The notes beneath the pieces were generated by a model. That model was not told the origin of the DNA. It saw only the letters and a list, made by a program, of their open reading frames with translations, and did no database searches. Shown piece after piece: positions 63,496 through 64,000 of a DNA stretch of 64,000 nucleotides (the first letter of the stretch is position 1; every line of letters begins with the position of its first letter). Position numbers and translations under genes: made by a program. The DNA lies in NCBI RefSeq assembly GCF_009834535.1, contig NC_045705.1, forward strand, positions 55,490,001 through 55,554,000, read 5' to 3'. This DNA comes from Camelus ferus. Lineage: Eukaryota.

Positions 63496-64000
63496 GTTTA
63501 AGTAAGTGGTAATTTTTATTAGAATTTAGATGCTTCCAGATGTCCCTTCTAGAAATTCTTCCTACGTGCTTCTCTTGCTGCTGACCTCTCCGCTGAGCTG
63601 TTTCTGGGTGGCAGATAAGTCTCAGGGAGAAGGATAATCAGGTTAGTGATTTAAGGAATGGCAGTGGTTCCCTGGGTCTGGAGGAGAGAACACAGAGAGG
63701 CTCAGAGCCTGCCAGCTGTGACAGCACCAGGCTCCTGAGCACAGACAGGCCGAGGTGATGCGGACTGATCTAGAGTCAGGCAGAAACACTGCATTGTCAC
63801 TCTGATAGAAAGGAAAACACTAGCACTCAAAGACTGCTCTGTTTTTTGTTCCTGTTGTTGACCAAAGGAACTTTCTATGTCTGAAAAATCAAGGATTCTG
63901 GCTGTCCTTAGCAAGGTGCAATTCAAAATTATAGAAATGGAAGGAGATGTGGGCAGATTCACCCTGGAGAAATAAACAGTCACTCCAAGAAACAAAGCCT

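Larger units (their letters stand above)
60087..64000. repeat. Partial, more diverged third unit C (exon 2, intron 1, upstream region; runs off the window)
   Basis: Aligns to A 33640-35850 and A 37470-37950 with visibly lower identity and large indels. Confidence 0.88.

Overview
This is mammalian genomic DNA. The young L1 3' ends resemble cetartiodactyl, probably camelid-type, L1s; that is an inference from memory, not a database hit. The left ~15 kb is a class I olfactory receptor cluster on the minus strand: two intact OR52-family genes and one frameshifted OR52H-like gene. Repeats (L2, MLT1, nested L1s) fill 15-24 kb. The remainder is a head-to-tail minus-strand array of three TRIM5-like genes. 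Copy A (26138-34020) is an intact 7-coding-exon, 495-aa RING/B-box/coiled-coil/SPRY gene. Copy B (44655-52560), an ~18.5 kb tandem duplicate, has a +1 frameshift in exon 6 predicting a 281-aa SPRY-less protein, yet keeps a SPRY exon almost identical to A. Copy C (60007-60468) is an older copy truncated in the B-box by a microhomology deletion that fuses it to L1 ORF1 sequence. Each of the A and B units also carries an ancient mitochondrial insertion (ND1 end, tRNA-Ile/Gln/Met, ND2) and an MLT2 LTR upstream of the gene. A-B identity is mosaic: near-identical tracts are broken by divergent islands at exon 6 and at the putative promoter, where only A has a perfect ISRE-type motif. All alignments were done by eye, and collapsed or chimeric assembly of the duplicates cannot be excluded.
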